From Blasia pusilla (Eukaryota): 64,000 bases of DNA. Numbering within the stretch: the stretch's first letter is position 1; each line of letters opens with the position of its first letter. The stretch is from contig CM114271.1 of the NCBI GenBank assembly GCA_050084515.1, positions 42,966,001 through 43,030,000 on the forward strand, given 5' to 3'. This document shows, piece after piece, positions 12,345-26,990 of this stretch. The notes beneath the pieces are model-generated. The model had not been told where the DNA came from. It worked only from the letters and a program-made list of their open reading frames with translations, and searched no databases. A program made the translations under genes and the position numbers.

Positions 12345-15300
12345 ATGACTACCAATTCGGAAAAGGAGGAGCAGCCTGCTAAACAGGCTTGTGCTTACAC
12401 ATCCTGGAGCAAAAGGGTTTCGGAGGTGTCTCGATCCCTACATTTGAAAGCAGGAGAGTCTATTATATTGGGTCTGATGGAGAGACAGAGGAATCAAGTG
12501 AGGCGCCTGCATGAGCGATTTTGGGGAGCCAAATGGAGTAGTGGGTCGGCATCTGATAGTGCCATCTGGGTCTTAGGTGTATGCTACCAACTTTCATCTG
12601 AGGGTGGGGACGAGGCTGTTGCTAATCGTGTTGTTGCTGAATTTCTCCTGGATTTCAGTTCGAGACTGTGGCTCACCTACCGGCGCGGTAGGCGAGAGTT
12701 TGTTTCGTGTATTCTCATTTACATGTGTTTTTTTGTCGTCGTACTGTCGTTTGTCAGTGACCACGTAGGGTAGTAAGTTTGTCAGGGTATGGAAGAAATG
12801 TGGCAAGAATTTTTTCCCGTAGGAAATGGTTATGGCTTCCATATGAGAGGGTATCCTACTTCGCTTTGGACTTTTTAAGTCTATGGATAACTCTTTGGTC
12901 ACAAGTAATTGTAAGGCCACAGATATAGGTTTCACTCGTGACCGCTCAATGAAACGCCATGAAAATGACATCGGTTACCGTTTGCTTGACTGTCGAGCAG
13001 GTTTCGAAGCATTGGGGCCATCAAAGCTTACAAGCGACGTGGGTTGGGGTTGCATGCTACGCAGTGGGCAAATGCTCTTAGCTCAGGTGTTTTTTTTACC
13101 TGTCTTGCACGTGTTATTACGTTGCTTGCTCATGTTTTATACATTTTTCTTTCTGGGAGGCGGAATGAACAGCAAGTAAATGTTCGTAGCGCTCATAGGA
13201 TGGCGAGCAAGGATCTGGGAGGAATTTCATTCGACTGCCTGGGGATTTAAAGACCGCAGACCTCTGAGCTCTTTGAATAACTACCCCTTAATCTAGGTTG
13301 CTTTGGAGTACCCTATACATGATCCTTACAGCTTGTTCATCTTAAGAGCCGAGATTCAAGGACCGTTGTTGAATTGCAGGCTCTTCTTTGCCACCATCTG
13401 GGGAGGGATTGGAGAAGGGATGCTGAGCAGGTAACTACGTCTCCATTATGAGTGAAGAATACACCAACGAATTTTCGCCTAAACATAGTATGTGTTTGCT
13501 GCTGGCTGCCAACGTCTCACTGGCTATGCTCATACATCCAGTGTGTCGAAGAGCAAGTGAGGCTCCACTTTGACCTTAGCGAGTGATACTTGCTTGCTCC
13601 AGTAGTGACTGCGTGATTCCTTTGTTGTTTGCAGCCGGTTGAGAAGAAATATTTGGAGATTCTGCAAAGTTTTGGCGATTCTCCTTGCGAATCATGCCCA
13701 TTTTCAATTCATAATCTTTTGGATTCAGGGAATCGCTATGGCTTGGCAGCGGGTTCCTGGTTAGGTCCATATGCGCTTTGTCGGACCATCGAAGGTCTTG
13801 CCTTGACTGACATTGAACTCTCAAAGAGCGGCAAACGTAAGCGTGCACTGCCGATGGCTGTGTGTGTTGTTTCTGGGGATGCTGAAGGTGAACGGGGTGG
13901 TGCCCCTGTGCTTTGTGTGGAGGATGTTGCAGATAGGTGTGCTCATTGGGAAGGAGGCACAGTCAAATGGGCTCCTCTCCTCGTGCTTGTGCCTCTGGTC
14001 CTGGGCCTCGACAAGGTCAATCCAAGGTATGTCAAAAGAACATAGATTGGAAGGGTTGCTAAATTGAGAGTGGATACTATGCACTAGGTTTTAACCAATG
14101 AGACTTCGTGCAGATGATTCTCATGGTGTAACCTTGATTTACTGGTTGGTTTGAGTAAGATGTAAACTAATTGTGCAAAGATGCCATGAAGATTATAGAA
14201 CATTGCTCTATTCCAAATGGCAGGGTGTTCACTTCCATGAGACTAGATGAAGGGATCATTGCCCTACTCATGCTACGTTGATATTGGTCTACCAAATTCT
14301 TGCTCAATATTTTGTGAAAAAAGATTGGGTAGGTATAAGCCGTTTCAGTTCACTTTGCAGCATATTTAGATGATAGGTCGGTCTACCAAGCGTTTTTTTG
14401 GATTTTGTTTCTTCGATATGCATAATTTCTTATGAGATTCTGATGAGACTTGTATTTCCTTCTTCAGAGATAGTGAACTCTACAGAATATGGTCATGGTA
14501 TGGTAGTATCGAGAATAAGCCCTATTATAATTCAATCTCAATGCAAGGATCAGAAGTGGAAAAGCACATAATTGAATGACAATTTTGCACAGTGAGCTTG
14601 CAGTATTTCAGCTGAGAGCTTGATCATGTACAGATTTTTATTGTTTACGAGTGTTTTAGGACGATATATCAGATGTATTAGGGATATTATCCGTCATTAA
14701 TGACATTCATTATGAGAGATGCTTCTACTCTTTATATGAACTGATTGTGAGGAAGGTTATAATGGGGGTTTTTCCCTTTGTTTCCAGATATCTGCCGTCT
14801 TTAAGGGCAGCATTTAGCTTTCCTCAAAGTCTTGGCATTGCAGGAGGAAAGCCTGGAGCATCAACTTATCTTGTTGGTATTCAAGATGACCAGACACTGT
14901 ACTTGGATCCGCATGAAGTGCAACAGGTTTGAAGCCCACATTGAAATTTGCTTAATTCAATTAGCATACACCTTTTGAATGTAGTAAGCACGTTATAAAT
15001 TTAACCTAAACCTTGGGGGATCAATCAAACAAAAATATCTGCTAAGTTGTTAGAAGAGGTAATTATGTTGTATCCAGCCATCCAACAGAGCCATTCTGTT
15101 GTGTTGGTTGCTGTGTATACCTTGGTTTTATGAGGTATCTGGATATTGCGTAGGTCTTTTACCTGCTGTTCGGTTGCAGCATTTCTCTGATCAGTGAAAT
15201 GAATGTGGGCAAATCCACTGAACATTCATTTGACATGGTGTTTGGGCAGGCTGTGAGCATCTCAACTGACGATGCAGAAGTTGATACGAGCTCCTATCAC

Positions 15301-16035
15301 TGCAGGTTTGTTGCCTGGCAATAGTTTGATCCTCGTGGTTTTTGGAGATGAGTTTTGAATGTCAATAATGAAATGGGAATATTAAATCTCTTGGTGGTAG
15401 AATCTGCAGGGCTGCAATATGCTCTACAATCTCTGAATGTGCAATCAATTGACTCAAGATTGTATGCAGTGTTGTGCGACGGATGCCACTAGATGCCATT
15501 GATCCTTCTCTAGCTCTGGGCTTCTACTGCAGAAGTAGGGGTAAGTAATTCCTTTGGGCTGGAAGTTAGGGACCATCTCGTACGAATTGGCAGTTTTCTA
15601 TGTATGTATGTGTGAAGCTGTTCGAGAGACAAATTGCATTGGCATGTCGATTTTATAGACAGGATAATGTGCCTTGTGCCCTTCAAGGTCGGTTGTTTTT
15701 TGTTTTGTCCGAAGATGTTTACAGCTGTGTGTCACGTTCTGTTCCTGGGGTGTAGTTTAGGAAGGGAACTTGTGTAAATCTGTTTGTTTAACATATTGAC
15801 AAGTCGTTTTTCTTTCCCAGAGGAGTTTGATGATCTGTGTGAAAGAGCATCGGAACTTGCAAAGCAGTCAAATGGAGCGCCCATGTTTACTGTTGCACAG
15901 GGTAGGAGCAGAAAGTTGTCGCCCGAAGGCTTGGACCTCGACAACCTTAGTTTGGATGTACAGGAGTCCTCTGAGAGGGACAATGTATCTGTAGATGTTG
16001 CAGCTTCTTCGGAAGAAGATTGGCAGATCCTTTAA
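12345..16035 (+). CDS. ATG4: Autophagy cysteine protease ATG4; exons 12345-12687, 13001-13086, 13380-13430, 13635-14026, 14788-14926, 15250-15305, 15470-15540, 15821-16035
   Basis: DFSSRLWLTYRRGF, SDVGWGCMLRSGQMLLAQ (catalytic Cys), GSWLGP, LVPLVLGLDKVNPRY, GIAGGKPGAS, YLDPH (Asp/His), IDPSLALGFYC and C-terminal AIM/LIR EEDWQIL. All introns are GT-AG and phase-consistent. The start codon is the least certain part. Confidence 0.96.
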
Positions 16036-18377
16036 TTTCTTATTAGTAGATATTCAGAGTTAGGACAATTTTATGAGCTTTCATTCTGCAAATTTGTGAT
16101 AGAAAATAAGGCATACTTTTTTGCCGAGAGCTCTAAAAGTAGCTTAATTCGAGGTGTAGGATGTAGTCTCAGGTAACTAATTTATTGCTGCCCCTAAAAG
16201 TCAATATTCTCTCTGCGACGAGCAATTCCCTTGGGGTGGTTATTGTTTCCTTTCATTTTCTTATTAATTTTAGCTTCAAGGAAAAGAGAAATTGATGGAT
16301 TTTTTCCTCTAGTATGTGCACGGGATTCAACCTTGAATGCTAATTACGCCTCTTCTGTAACGAAACACCAGGAAGTGTCTGGCATGCACGGTCCCACACG
16401 CCCCGGTTCTCCTTTCATAATTCAAAGCGTTTCGTGACGATTATTCTGATGAGTGATTTTGTCCAATTTGATAGTTGTACTTTGATTTAGAGGATGATTT
16501 CAGGTGACAGTTTTACCCCATGATAGTACAAATTTAAAGCCTGACATTGCACGCATTTCCTAATTGACAGGATTGAGTTGATGATCTTTTCACGTAAAGT
16601 ACTAGCCAGGAAAATTTCGAACCCACTCCCGTGGCTAGACATATCACTGTTGGAGTCTGTCAAATTTATCACACATCCTTGCACTCTAGGTTTAAGAAAC
16701 AGGAGGGATTTCCGGATAGGGTGCAACAGAACCACAACCCTCGAGCGAGAGGGACCATACTTGTTGTGGGTAGTGGCACACACATGTACTGTGCACCTCG
16801 AAGCTCTCGTTACTACATGCGTCTTGGGGTTGGGGTTGGGGTTGGGGTTTAGTGACAGGAACCGTCATTAAAGCACAACCCCAAGACGCCTCAAGACCAT
16901 GAACGCCCAAGAAGTTTTTGGTGACAGGCTTGTAGCGCTAGACTGCGAGTTGCACCGATCAACCAGTGCTATGATCTGCGCACGTTCGTGATCGACCCGA
17001 CCACACGTAGGGCTCGCCAACGCACTCCCTCTGCTATTTCTCTCGGAGAACTAACCTCAGACATGGAATACAGTAGGCTCGCAGGACCGAGAGGATAACC
17101 GTCACCATTGGGAAGAAACTTCGTGGGCTCAAGCGGAATACAAAATTTGGACGAAACGTGTCACGGCGTCGTGAAACTGTTGCACTCGAAGATAATGATG
17201 CACGACCAGGAAAGAAAACAAAATCGTTTGAAACAAACCGCGACGTCTAGAAGATGCTCGCACTGAAGACTAATGGCGCAAGAATGGGGCCACATCCTTC
17301 TGCCCGTTTCTGCGGAAACCGACAGAAACTATCCCAAATCGCAGTCTCGCCGAAATAGACATATGGATTTCCCCAGCGTCACGCCAGATGTATGATTACA
17401 ACGATGCTGCGGCATATGATGCCTGAGGTCATTCGCATGTGGGGTGCCGTTGTCAAAGACTGATTTACTCGAAACACCACCGCAACCTCCGCGTCAGGTG
17501 TCTAGAGGGTCCATGTTCCCAGCTCATGTGCTCTATCTACTATTGTGGATTCCACCATCTCTTGTTTTATTAATGCCTTTCATGTGTTTCCTTCTTTACC
17601 CAAACGGTGGAGAGGATGGAGACGTCCGGTGTAGCAGCAGAGTAGGAAAGCTAAACGAAGAAATCTATATTTATTATTGGAGAGTAGGAAAGCTAAACGA
17701 AATAAATCTATATTATTATTATTGCTAGTAAGGTGCCCATGCTGTGCAAGGGGAAAAAAAAAATTTGAGTAGTCTATGTTCAAGGTCATGAAAGGAGGTG
17801 GAGGGAATGAAAGGAGTAATGATGTTAAATAGATTCCATTTTTTTTTTCTTGCTGCCCACAGCTTGTGATTTTTTTTTTTCTGTCCACTTGCCATGTGTC
17901 AAACAGTGAGGTGTTTGCAAATCAAGAAGGCAATCTCCAATAATAATATAAATTGGAGAATGCCCTTTCATTTTGCAAACGCCTCGCCACTTGACACTTT
18001 CAGTCAATAGGATTACTCATTTCTAAGCCAATATGTTTGATAAAAAATGATTTAAAATGGCAATTGAAAATTTGGAGACTTAATTATAGGAGGTAATTTA
18101 AACCAGTGCATCGCATCGGCTTACTCTAGTTGCGATGGTTGATTCCGCCCACCCTCCAAATCGATTGGGCGCAACTGGCTAGAAATAAGATCCTCTAGTT
18201 TCTTTTCTTGTCTTATGACAAAAAAACAACGACGAGTGGAACTGATCTGCCAATAGGGAATTCTCATTTGTGGAAGATATGTTTCTAAATAAGTTACGAA
18301 TTACCAATATCTTAAATTTTCTGTTTTTCACCATTAACTGAAATGCAATTAATGGTGAAAAAGTATGCTAGCTTTTA

Positions 18378-18404
18378 CCCGTGCTGAGCACGGGCACAAG
18401 CTAG
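18378..18404 (+). mobile_element. Helitron-type 3' terminus (hairpin + CTAG|T)
   Basis: Perfect stem CCCGTGC-TGA-GCACGGG, then 6 nt, then CTAG followed by T. Weaker GC-rich+CTAGT ends near 18130, 19012, 31565, 31961 and 37874 suggest several small non-autonomous Helitrons in the AT-rich spacers. Confidence 0.55.
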
Positions 18405-19162
18405 TTCCAATAAGAATAGACTCGTGCTACATAGTGGTCAATTCCTTTAGTTCTTTACATACTAGTTCCGCTCCAAGAAAAAGGCATTCTTTTCAAAAAT
18501 ATTTTTTATTTAAGGCATTTATTTGAATTCTACACCCTTAATAAACATCCCAATCTTCCAATCCATGGCCCTAAATAATCTCATTGTCTTTATAACAATT
18601 TCCATTTCTACTTATGAAAGGAAAAATGGTAATCCTATTAATAAATAGTGTGCTTGATGATTAAATTTAAAACAAAAGGTGCATGTAAATTAAATTAAAA
18701 GAAGATTTGTACATTAAGGATTAAGAAGGGCATTATGGTAGGGAAGCTGATTTCCCACCATAATGCTGATTCCCTCAAGGTAAAGGTTTTTGTTGAGGAA
18801 ATAAGGAAGGTGAAGGGATAGGGGTTTGGTTTTTTCACTTTAAGGGTTGAAGAATTGGAGGTATTTATATATGTTGAAATGAATAGATCGGGAGGGGATA
18901 ATAGAATGAAAGAGTGAAAATAGAATTTAAAAAATTAATATTTGTAAAGAAAAAAGATTGGGATGTTTTTTTTTTCTTTCCAAATCGGCATTGCACACGC
19001 GTACCAACTAGTGTACTATATACCTATGTCAACAAATGCTTATAGAAAGAATTCTCAAAACAAGACAAGGAAAATTTTCAAAATGAGATATAAATTCAAA
19101 AGGCCTAGAGAGTGAGGAAATGAAAGGTTTATAATTGATATGGAAACTTTTATAGGGATGCC

Positions 19163-20899
19163 TTTTTTTGGGGTTGTGGATATATCCACTTTATTATAAA
19201 ATAAACCTCAAAAGAGGACAAAGAAAGGTAATAACATCTCAAAAGAGGAGTAAAAAAATGCATAAAAGAATGCAAAAAGAAAATGGCATCTAGCAAACGC
19301 AAACACCGACGCAACGAGCTACACCATTGATAGCATGAAACAAATCTAAAAAGAACACGAGTGGTTGGTCAGACGTGAATGGACGACGAGGCGAGCGACC
19401 CCCCACCACCTCCGCACGACTCATCAAAGCCAAGGCTTCTGCACGTTGTAAGGCCACTGAGATGCATCGCTGAAAATAAGTAGTAACTAAAGAGAGAGAA
19501 GGACTACGGGAAGGGGCAAGGTGATGATTCTCAAGGGAGTGGTGAGCACATGTTTTCAAGAAAGTATCAAAAGACACATGTAAATGACCGAATACTTCCA
19601 CTGCAAAAGGAATAAATCCATCAGTCGCATGTCTCACAACATAACTTAACTCCTTGATTCTTGTTGTAGCTTCGACCGCCAAACTTTTGGTATGTGCGGC
19701 TCAACACACCATGTCAGAAGGTGTTAGATCAGCAACCACCACATCACCTCGTGTCCAGAATCCACCTCGAGACATAACAAGATCCACTCGCCAACGAGAG
19801 GTTGCTTGTGTGGTTGAGGGTAGGACATGGAGTTGCTCTTGCCCAACCGTGTATCCTGCAATACGAGCCACCGATGCTACCGCCTCTCTAATGACATCAT
19901 GTGTGGTCGTTCGTTCTCCACCATATGCACATCGGAGAATATGGCTACCCTTGGCATCAATGGGATCCCCGCATACAAATTCGGCACACCTAACAGAGAA
20001 GGATGGAGAAGTCCAAGACGTAACCGCAAAGCTATCGAGAAAATACTTCGAGGAAGACGAAATGGAAGAATAAGAGGATTTGCAGTAAGCCAGGCCCTGG
20101 CTCTGGTACCTGAACATGAACGTAGACGAGCTCGATGAGCGTCAGAGGATGCCTCAAAGAGAATGCTGGAAAAGTTTATTTGATGTAATTTCTCGGAGAT
20201 ATGCTCTTTAAGTAGATCAAGCCCTTCCGTAATCAATTGACTGAAAGGGGGTAGAATTGCTTGTATAGCAAGAGGAAGAAGAGCTCGTGCAGATCTCAGT
20301 TGTTGCTGAAATAACAAGTCCCCCTCCTCTACATGGGCGATATTATCCATCAAGATAGGTGTATCTCCTTGGAGAAACCTTGAAGCCATAATCGGTGCTA
20401 CCAACGCCCAACTCCCCAAAAAGGCTGCGGGAGCAGATACGACTGTGGAGGAAAGTTCCACCCCTCCAAAAGAAATAGGCAAGATAGCTTGTTGTGAAGC
20501 CAAGACACCATCCTCTCCCTCAAAGGTATTCGGGCCAAGAAGTTGACCAAAAGTTGCCAAGAAAGAAGTGTCAAAAGAGGCCAACCGATGTAAGAACCTT
20601 GAAGTGGGAGGACAAGTGCAAAGAATGTAGGAAGGATATTGTAGAAAACATTGGGAGAGAATCCTATAAGCCACTTTGGGATCCCCTAGATGAGGTAACA
20701 AATGAAGTCATTCCATGTCTTTCAAAAGGGCCTCATCCAAGAACTTTGAGACATAGTCGATGAAGCCAATTGGGATCCCAAGAACCCTAACCCCTTCAAT
20801 GTAGATGGGAAAATCAGGAGTAGATGGGGTGAATGTTGAGGGAAGGCATGAAGGAGACCATACTCCACATTTACTAGGTTGGACTTTAAGGTTTAAGAA
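19163..20899 (-). mobile_element. CRE-like (restriction-like endonuclease) non-LTR retrotransposon, 3' half
   Basis: RT thumb (LKVQPSKC, VRVLGIPIG, LPISFGG), zinc knuckle CGDPIDAKGSHILRCAYGGERTTTHD, RLE RVDLV...VVVADLT, FIPFAVEVFG, ISVALQRA. AATAAA and an A7 tail near 19163-19194. Frameshifted. Confidence 0.85.
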
Positions 20900-21419
20900 T
20901 GTCACATCTTTTAGGATAGATCGATAAGATCTAGTAGAGCGCCTTCTCGAGTAGTGGAGGATAGGCTCATGAGGTTGAGGATGATCTACTGTGGCCCTGG
21001 AAAACCTGAGAGAGCAGGTTTTCCCTTCGTTTCAGTTCATTTGAAGCCATATTGAGAAACTTACTATTTTAGATAAGTACGTACCATTTTGAGTATATGG
21101 TCGACTTTATATTTTTGGTAAGTGGCCCTTGACCTCCTACATCAGGTCAAGAGCCAAGGAGGTGACTTGGGAGCATACATTACCATGGAGAGAGCTTGGG
21201 GAAGGGGAGGGGTATACTTCAAGGAGAGAGAGCTTGAGAGCTCATTCTCTCTTTGTTGAACCTCTTGGCACGAGGCAGCAGAGCTATGGTCCCTTGCCTT
21301 GTGAGTGTAATCCGAGCCTCTCATTAGGAGAGTGGGTTTGGTTTGACATTGAGAGAGACATGTGAGAGTGCACACATGTGAGAACTATGGTGTTGTGAGA
21401 GAGATTGGATCTCATTTTA
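20900..21419 (+). repeat. E1 5' terminal repeat X1
   Basis: Homologous to 24708-25020 and to the reverse complement of 45711-46224. It is not followed by Y. Confidence 0.85.
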
Positions 21420-22249
21420 CAAAGAGAGAATGAGTGAGTGCGAGAGCTTCATGGGGGAGCTCGCTGGTTGCTCGATGTTTGGTGCAGGTTGGGGAACCAT
21501 TTTCCATGCTTCATGGCTCATGGGAGTGCTCACCGGAGCAAGAGCCGTGCGAGTTTGCTGCTTTGCTTTGCTGTTTTTTTGTACGGCAGAGTGGCACGCG
21601 GAAGCGTTGCCCAATTTTCGATAGGAATTGAGTATGGGGGCGGATTGCTCCATGCCGGTGCTCTTTAGAACACCATGAACCTTGCTGATTTGTGTTCTTA
21701 TAGGTTTTATATTTTTGTTGGGAGAAATCAGCGCGGAAGCGCTGCCAATTTTTGTGTAGGAGAAAGAGGCGTTGGGCTTTATGACAGTCCATGTCAGTTT
21801 TTACTGGAATGTCCGATTCAAATTTGTTTTTGAGACATCGTAGATCATGAAGATTTGCACGTTGTGCAATAGACAATGCGCAATTTGGAGTTGAGAGCAA
21901 AAAGTTATGATCAATCTTGAAAAACTGCCATTGCTAGGGGATTTGTAGGGTTAAATTGTTCAAACCCTAAACCAGCCGCTGTGCCGGCAGTGACTGTCCC
22001 TGTCATAGTATCCCTCAACGATCTACAAATGACGGTCAATTATGACCATCAACGGTCCGCCGTCACCATCAATGGTCAACCGTCATCGTCAACAATCCAC
22101 GGTCCATCATCCACCGTCGGCCGCCGCCGCCTAGCGCTGCTCAGAGCCGCATTTGGCCGTTTTCCACCCTTAGTTTCCATTTCCGACATTACGGAGTGGA
22201 TGGTTTTCCATGACGACCGTTGATTCTCTGACTTGCGCCACCACCACGT

Positions 22250-24258
22250 ACTTTTTTTGGTGATGGTCGAGCACTTCTCGAAGTGGATCGAGTTGGTTGC
22301 ATTGCCTGACGAAGCGAGTGAGGGAGTAGCTTATGCCTTCCTTGACAGAGTGCTAAGTCATTATGGCGCGCCGGCTGAGGTGTTGATAGACCAGGGTACC
22401 AAGTTTCGCGGTGAGTTCCAAGCCTTGTGTGATCAGGGGCTGATCGACCACCGCACGACTTCGCGAGATCATCTCGAGGCGGATGGATTAGCGGAGAGAG
22501 TTGTGCAGACGGTGAAGAGGGGTTTACGCAAGTATGGCTTGTAGAGAGGTCACCTAGGAGATTGGGACCTCCACTTGTCGTGGTTGGCGATCGGATACAG
22601 ATTCAGCAGGCAGGCATCCTTAGCGTCTTTTTCATCGTACTTGCTACTTTATGGCCGAGAGCCAGATTTACCTGCGGCCATTTGTCGAGATGCAGGTGAG
22701 GTGCTGGACCTTGATGACCCAGATGTATGGATGCGAGCATGTTCTCAGAGGGCTGAGTTGTTTCGGAGAGTGATGCCCATGGTGTTCGAGAACTTGGCAA
22801 TTGCGCAACATCGGGATACGTTGAGGAATGCGACTATTCGGGGTGGTGGTTATCGACCAACTATCTGGAGGTTTCATCAGGGAGATTATGTCTATTTGCA
22901 GCAGAAAACACCTACGACATTGGATGTGACTGTAGGGCGCACCATCTTGAGAGTGCATGAGGTTTTTCCATCCGATGTTCTCTTATTGGAGCAACACGAT
23001 GGTATGGTTTGGAAGGACCATGTGCGTAATTGTGCGCCATGTCATCTTTTGAACATTGATGGTACAATTTTTCGTGATCCTCATGACCAAACGAGTGCCA
23101 AGCGGAACATCGGAACATTAGCGGGCTCACGCTAAGATGGTTTGCGTGTTGGAGTAGTCTCGAAGAGGAGACAAGAGACGAGACGCGAGCGAGGCTTCGC
23201 GTTTTAGATGTTGTGGTCGCGACCGAGAAACCTAGACCAAACGCAGAATGAGACTTGAAAGAAGTCGAGTCTAGAAAGTGGGTTGCCAAAAGGAAGAATC
23301 CGGATTTGGAACGCCACTAGCGTTTGAGAGTTTTCGACTGTATTTTTAACCATAACTTTTAGCGCCAAGATGCGTTTGGATTAAATAAGGGTGCTTTGGA
23401 AGGCTTATGAAAAGCCGCTTCAAACGCACTAAAGATCTCTGCAAACTCATAAGCAGCGGATGAGAAACAACCCGGAAACGACTGTAAGTGGAGTCGGGTT
23501 GAGGGCCACAATGAAGGGCCCGACCCTCCTTTTCCAAAGGGGAGGGGGTGTTATTGGAGAACCCTAGAAGTACTAGTAAGGGGGAAGGTCTCCGAGGGTG
23601 CTTGGAACCCGAACCCCACTTTGGGCACCGCGGGGCGGCTCAAGGGCATGGAACGGAACGCGAGTTTGGGAGTGGGGTTGGAAAACCTGCACCAAGTCTA
23701 TTGAGGCGATTTTAGACATCCCTCTTGGATTTCACCCCGCGACTCAATTACTTGGGTCTCGGTTTGGAGCTCACACGAGGTCCGTTGAACAGTTGGGATC
23801 GCTAGGCGCGCAAGTGTCGTTTCAGATCCTTGGACTAACCAAGAAGTCTGTTCCAAGTCTTGAAGGACTTGCCATGTGTTGGAAACTAGGAATTAAGGAA
23901 GGTTGAGCTTGATGAGACGCCGAGTTGAGAACTCGGTAGGTTGGAACGCTGGTTGGCCCGGACCCGACTAACGAGAGTGCGTGTTTGGGTGTAGATCGGC
24001 GATGAGATCGTGTCCTACTGAACGTACGCTTCCGCAACACTAAATATTGACGTTCAAGGAGAGTAGGGGCGCGACACAATTGATCCGAGCTTAGTAGTAG
24101 TTCTTGCCGGCTTGCGGTGTATGTTGTGTGGTTCTGCCCTTGGTGCAACCACTATGCTAGTCTGTGATGGATGTTCGAGAGGATGGCATATGGCATGTTT
24201 GACGCCACCCTTCACTAGGGCTCCCCAGGGGCGATGGATGTGTCCCAGATGTACATAG
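22250..24258 (+). pseudogene. DDE integrase core + C-terminal PHD finger, interrupted by a solo LTR
   Basis: VMVEHFSKWIE, IDQGTKFRGEF, ADGLAERVVQT, GDYVYL; after the insertion it resumes as DPSLVVVLAGLRCMLCG...CDGCSRGWHMACL...WMCPRCT*. Confidence 0.9.
23070..24076. mobile_element. Solo LTR (~1 kb) with 5-bp TSD CAATT
   Basis: Ends TTTCGTG (likely mutated TGTCGTG)...GCGCGACA, flanked by CAATT at 23065-23069 and 24077-24081. Excision restores integrase NIDGT-IDPSL. Confidence 0.8.
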
Positions 24259-24400
24259 GGTAGGTAGTTCTACATTCCAACTTGTGTTTGTGACATGGAT
24301 GACAAGAAGGCGACTAATGATGAGGCCACATGAGCACCCGACCTTCTTGCTCTTAGCGTTTGAGAGATGGTAGGTAGGGATAGATGGCTATCTGGAGTTA

Positions 24401-25147
<747 letters not shown>

Positions 25148-26990
25148 AGAAAGAAAGTTGCTCCACAAAATGGGTTTAAGCAAGAACCACTTCCGAAGGA
25201 GGACCTATAATGTGAGTGTCATCAGCCATAGAAGGGAAAAGACAAGATGGAAATTCTTGCGCTGATGCTCGAAGGGCACGAAAATGGGCAATGGCAAAGA
25301 GTGGGCCATCCATGGGATCACCTTGACGTGTGCCACAAGCCGATTGTAGAATACTATATTCCCCGGAAGTAGCATGATGAGAATAGATAATGGGCGTATC
25401 ATAGGCATAGAAGGAACGAACAAATGGAATGAGACTCGTAAGTTGTCCTCATGCATAACGTAACTCCTCAAAGATGGCCGCACGAGAAATTGAATTGAAT
25501 GCGTTAGCCACATCGGCTTGAATTGCTACCCATTCTGGATGAATATCAAGAGTGGATCGAATCCCATGCACCACAGCCTCACAACCTCCAGGGGTTGCCA
25601 CTCCAAATTGATGAGGAAATAAGTGGGCACTAAAGTGAGGACGAAATTGCAAGCATAGGGATGGACTAACCAAGCGGTATAAAAACTCGCCAATAGCCAA
25701 AGGACGGACACTTGAAGGAGGCTTATCCATAACCAACAAACGACAAGCCCCTAAGAGCCTAGAGATAGAGAATGGGATACGACATGCCGCCATATGTGCA
25801 CACACCTTATATAGAGAGACAAAGCCACTTCTTGAATCTGCCGGGATAAAGCAATCGTGGAGATGCTCAAAAACCATCATTAATAGCTCGCTTGTTGATA
25901 AGCGAGGAGTATGCAAAAAAGCCCTTGTGAAAACCTCCAAGTCAAGCTCCAAGTCAGGGTCCGTTGTATAGTCTTCCACAAAAGGTGGAGCATCGCCAAT
26001 TGAAGGAGGGTAAAGAGCTTCTAAGAGAGCCATTGTTTCCGCACTAGGAACCGCCGGAGAAAGAGGATCCAATGCTCGAGCTGCATGTGAAAACTCATCA
26101 ACCTGCCCCCAAAGTAGACTTTGTCGAAGGCGTTGTTGTATTGAAGGCCTCCCATGATTAGCATGTTGAGTGGGATGAGCCGCAGCTAAGGCCTCTGTTC
26201 ATTCTGAAGATTCTCCCAATCCCCAAACATAAAAAGTTGAATACGTGTGGAGGTTTCACGATGACCCGTGGCACCACCCCTTGGAGGGAGGACTAAAACC
26301 CATTGTGGGAAGAGTAATCAGAGATACCAAGCATTAATATCTGTGGAATCACGCGCTAACCTTTCTAATGGGAAAAGCAAAGCTTGTTAGGTGATGGGGC
26401 GAAGAACAATAGGAATGCAAGTGTAGCGTCTAAAACGAGGAAGACCTGGATGGAAAGAGCGAAGGAGATCAATTTGGCTTAACCAGGTCTAAGCAATTGT
26501 TGTGTGGAATGCAATAGGAGGTGGTATTGGGTTAGGGATTGAAGGCCCATGCATGGATCGATAATATCGCTGATGTCTTTGATCTCATTAGGAGCAAACT
26601 CCTCACCACAAGGTATGCAACGAACCTTTAGTACATATGCTTCAACCTTGGATTGTAGATGAATAGTTCTTGGTCTGTGAAGATGCATTATTAGATGCTC
26701 CATTTTTTCACATTTAGATTGAACTTCAAAATTTTTTCAAAAATGCTGAAATAGAAGGTTTACAAATAGAAGAGGTGGGAGGTGCAAGAGGTGGTGATGG
26801 ACGATGATGAGCGGATAAGTTGGTTGGGGAAGGAGGAGGAGGAAGAAGGAAGATAAAGATAGAATAGATGGGAGTTGGAAGCAAAGGCACAAGTGATATA
26901 TATGAGGATGGCAAAGTTGTAAGATTCAGAAATAATAGATCAAGGTTAGACTCAAACAAAGAAAGGAGAATGGGGAATCAGGAAGAAATA
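25148..26990 (-). mobile_element. CRE-like non-LTR retrotransposon, 5' half with RT
   Basis: VRPLAIGEFLYRLVS, HQFGVATPGGCEAVVH, QADVANAFNSISR, GTRQGDP, MADDTHIIG. The 5' boundary is approximate. Confidence 0.85.

Noticed and set aside
16660-17620. Possible LTR/TE remnant after ATG4 (GTGACA motifs, GGGGTT run)
   Set aside because: No paired termini, TSD or coding motif could be established.
21940-21975. Telomere-like AAACCCTAAACC
   Set aside because: Fewer than two units; not an interstitial telomere array.
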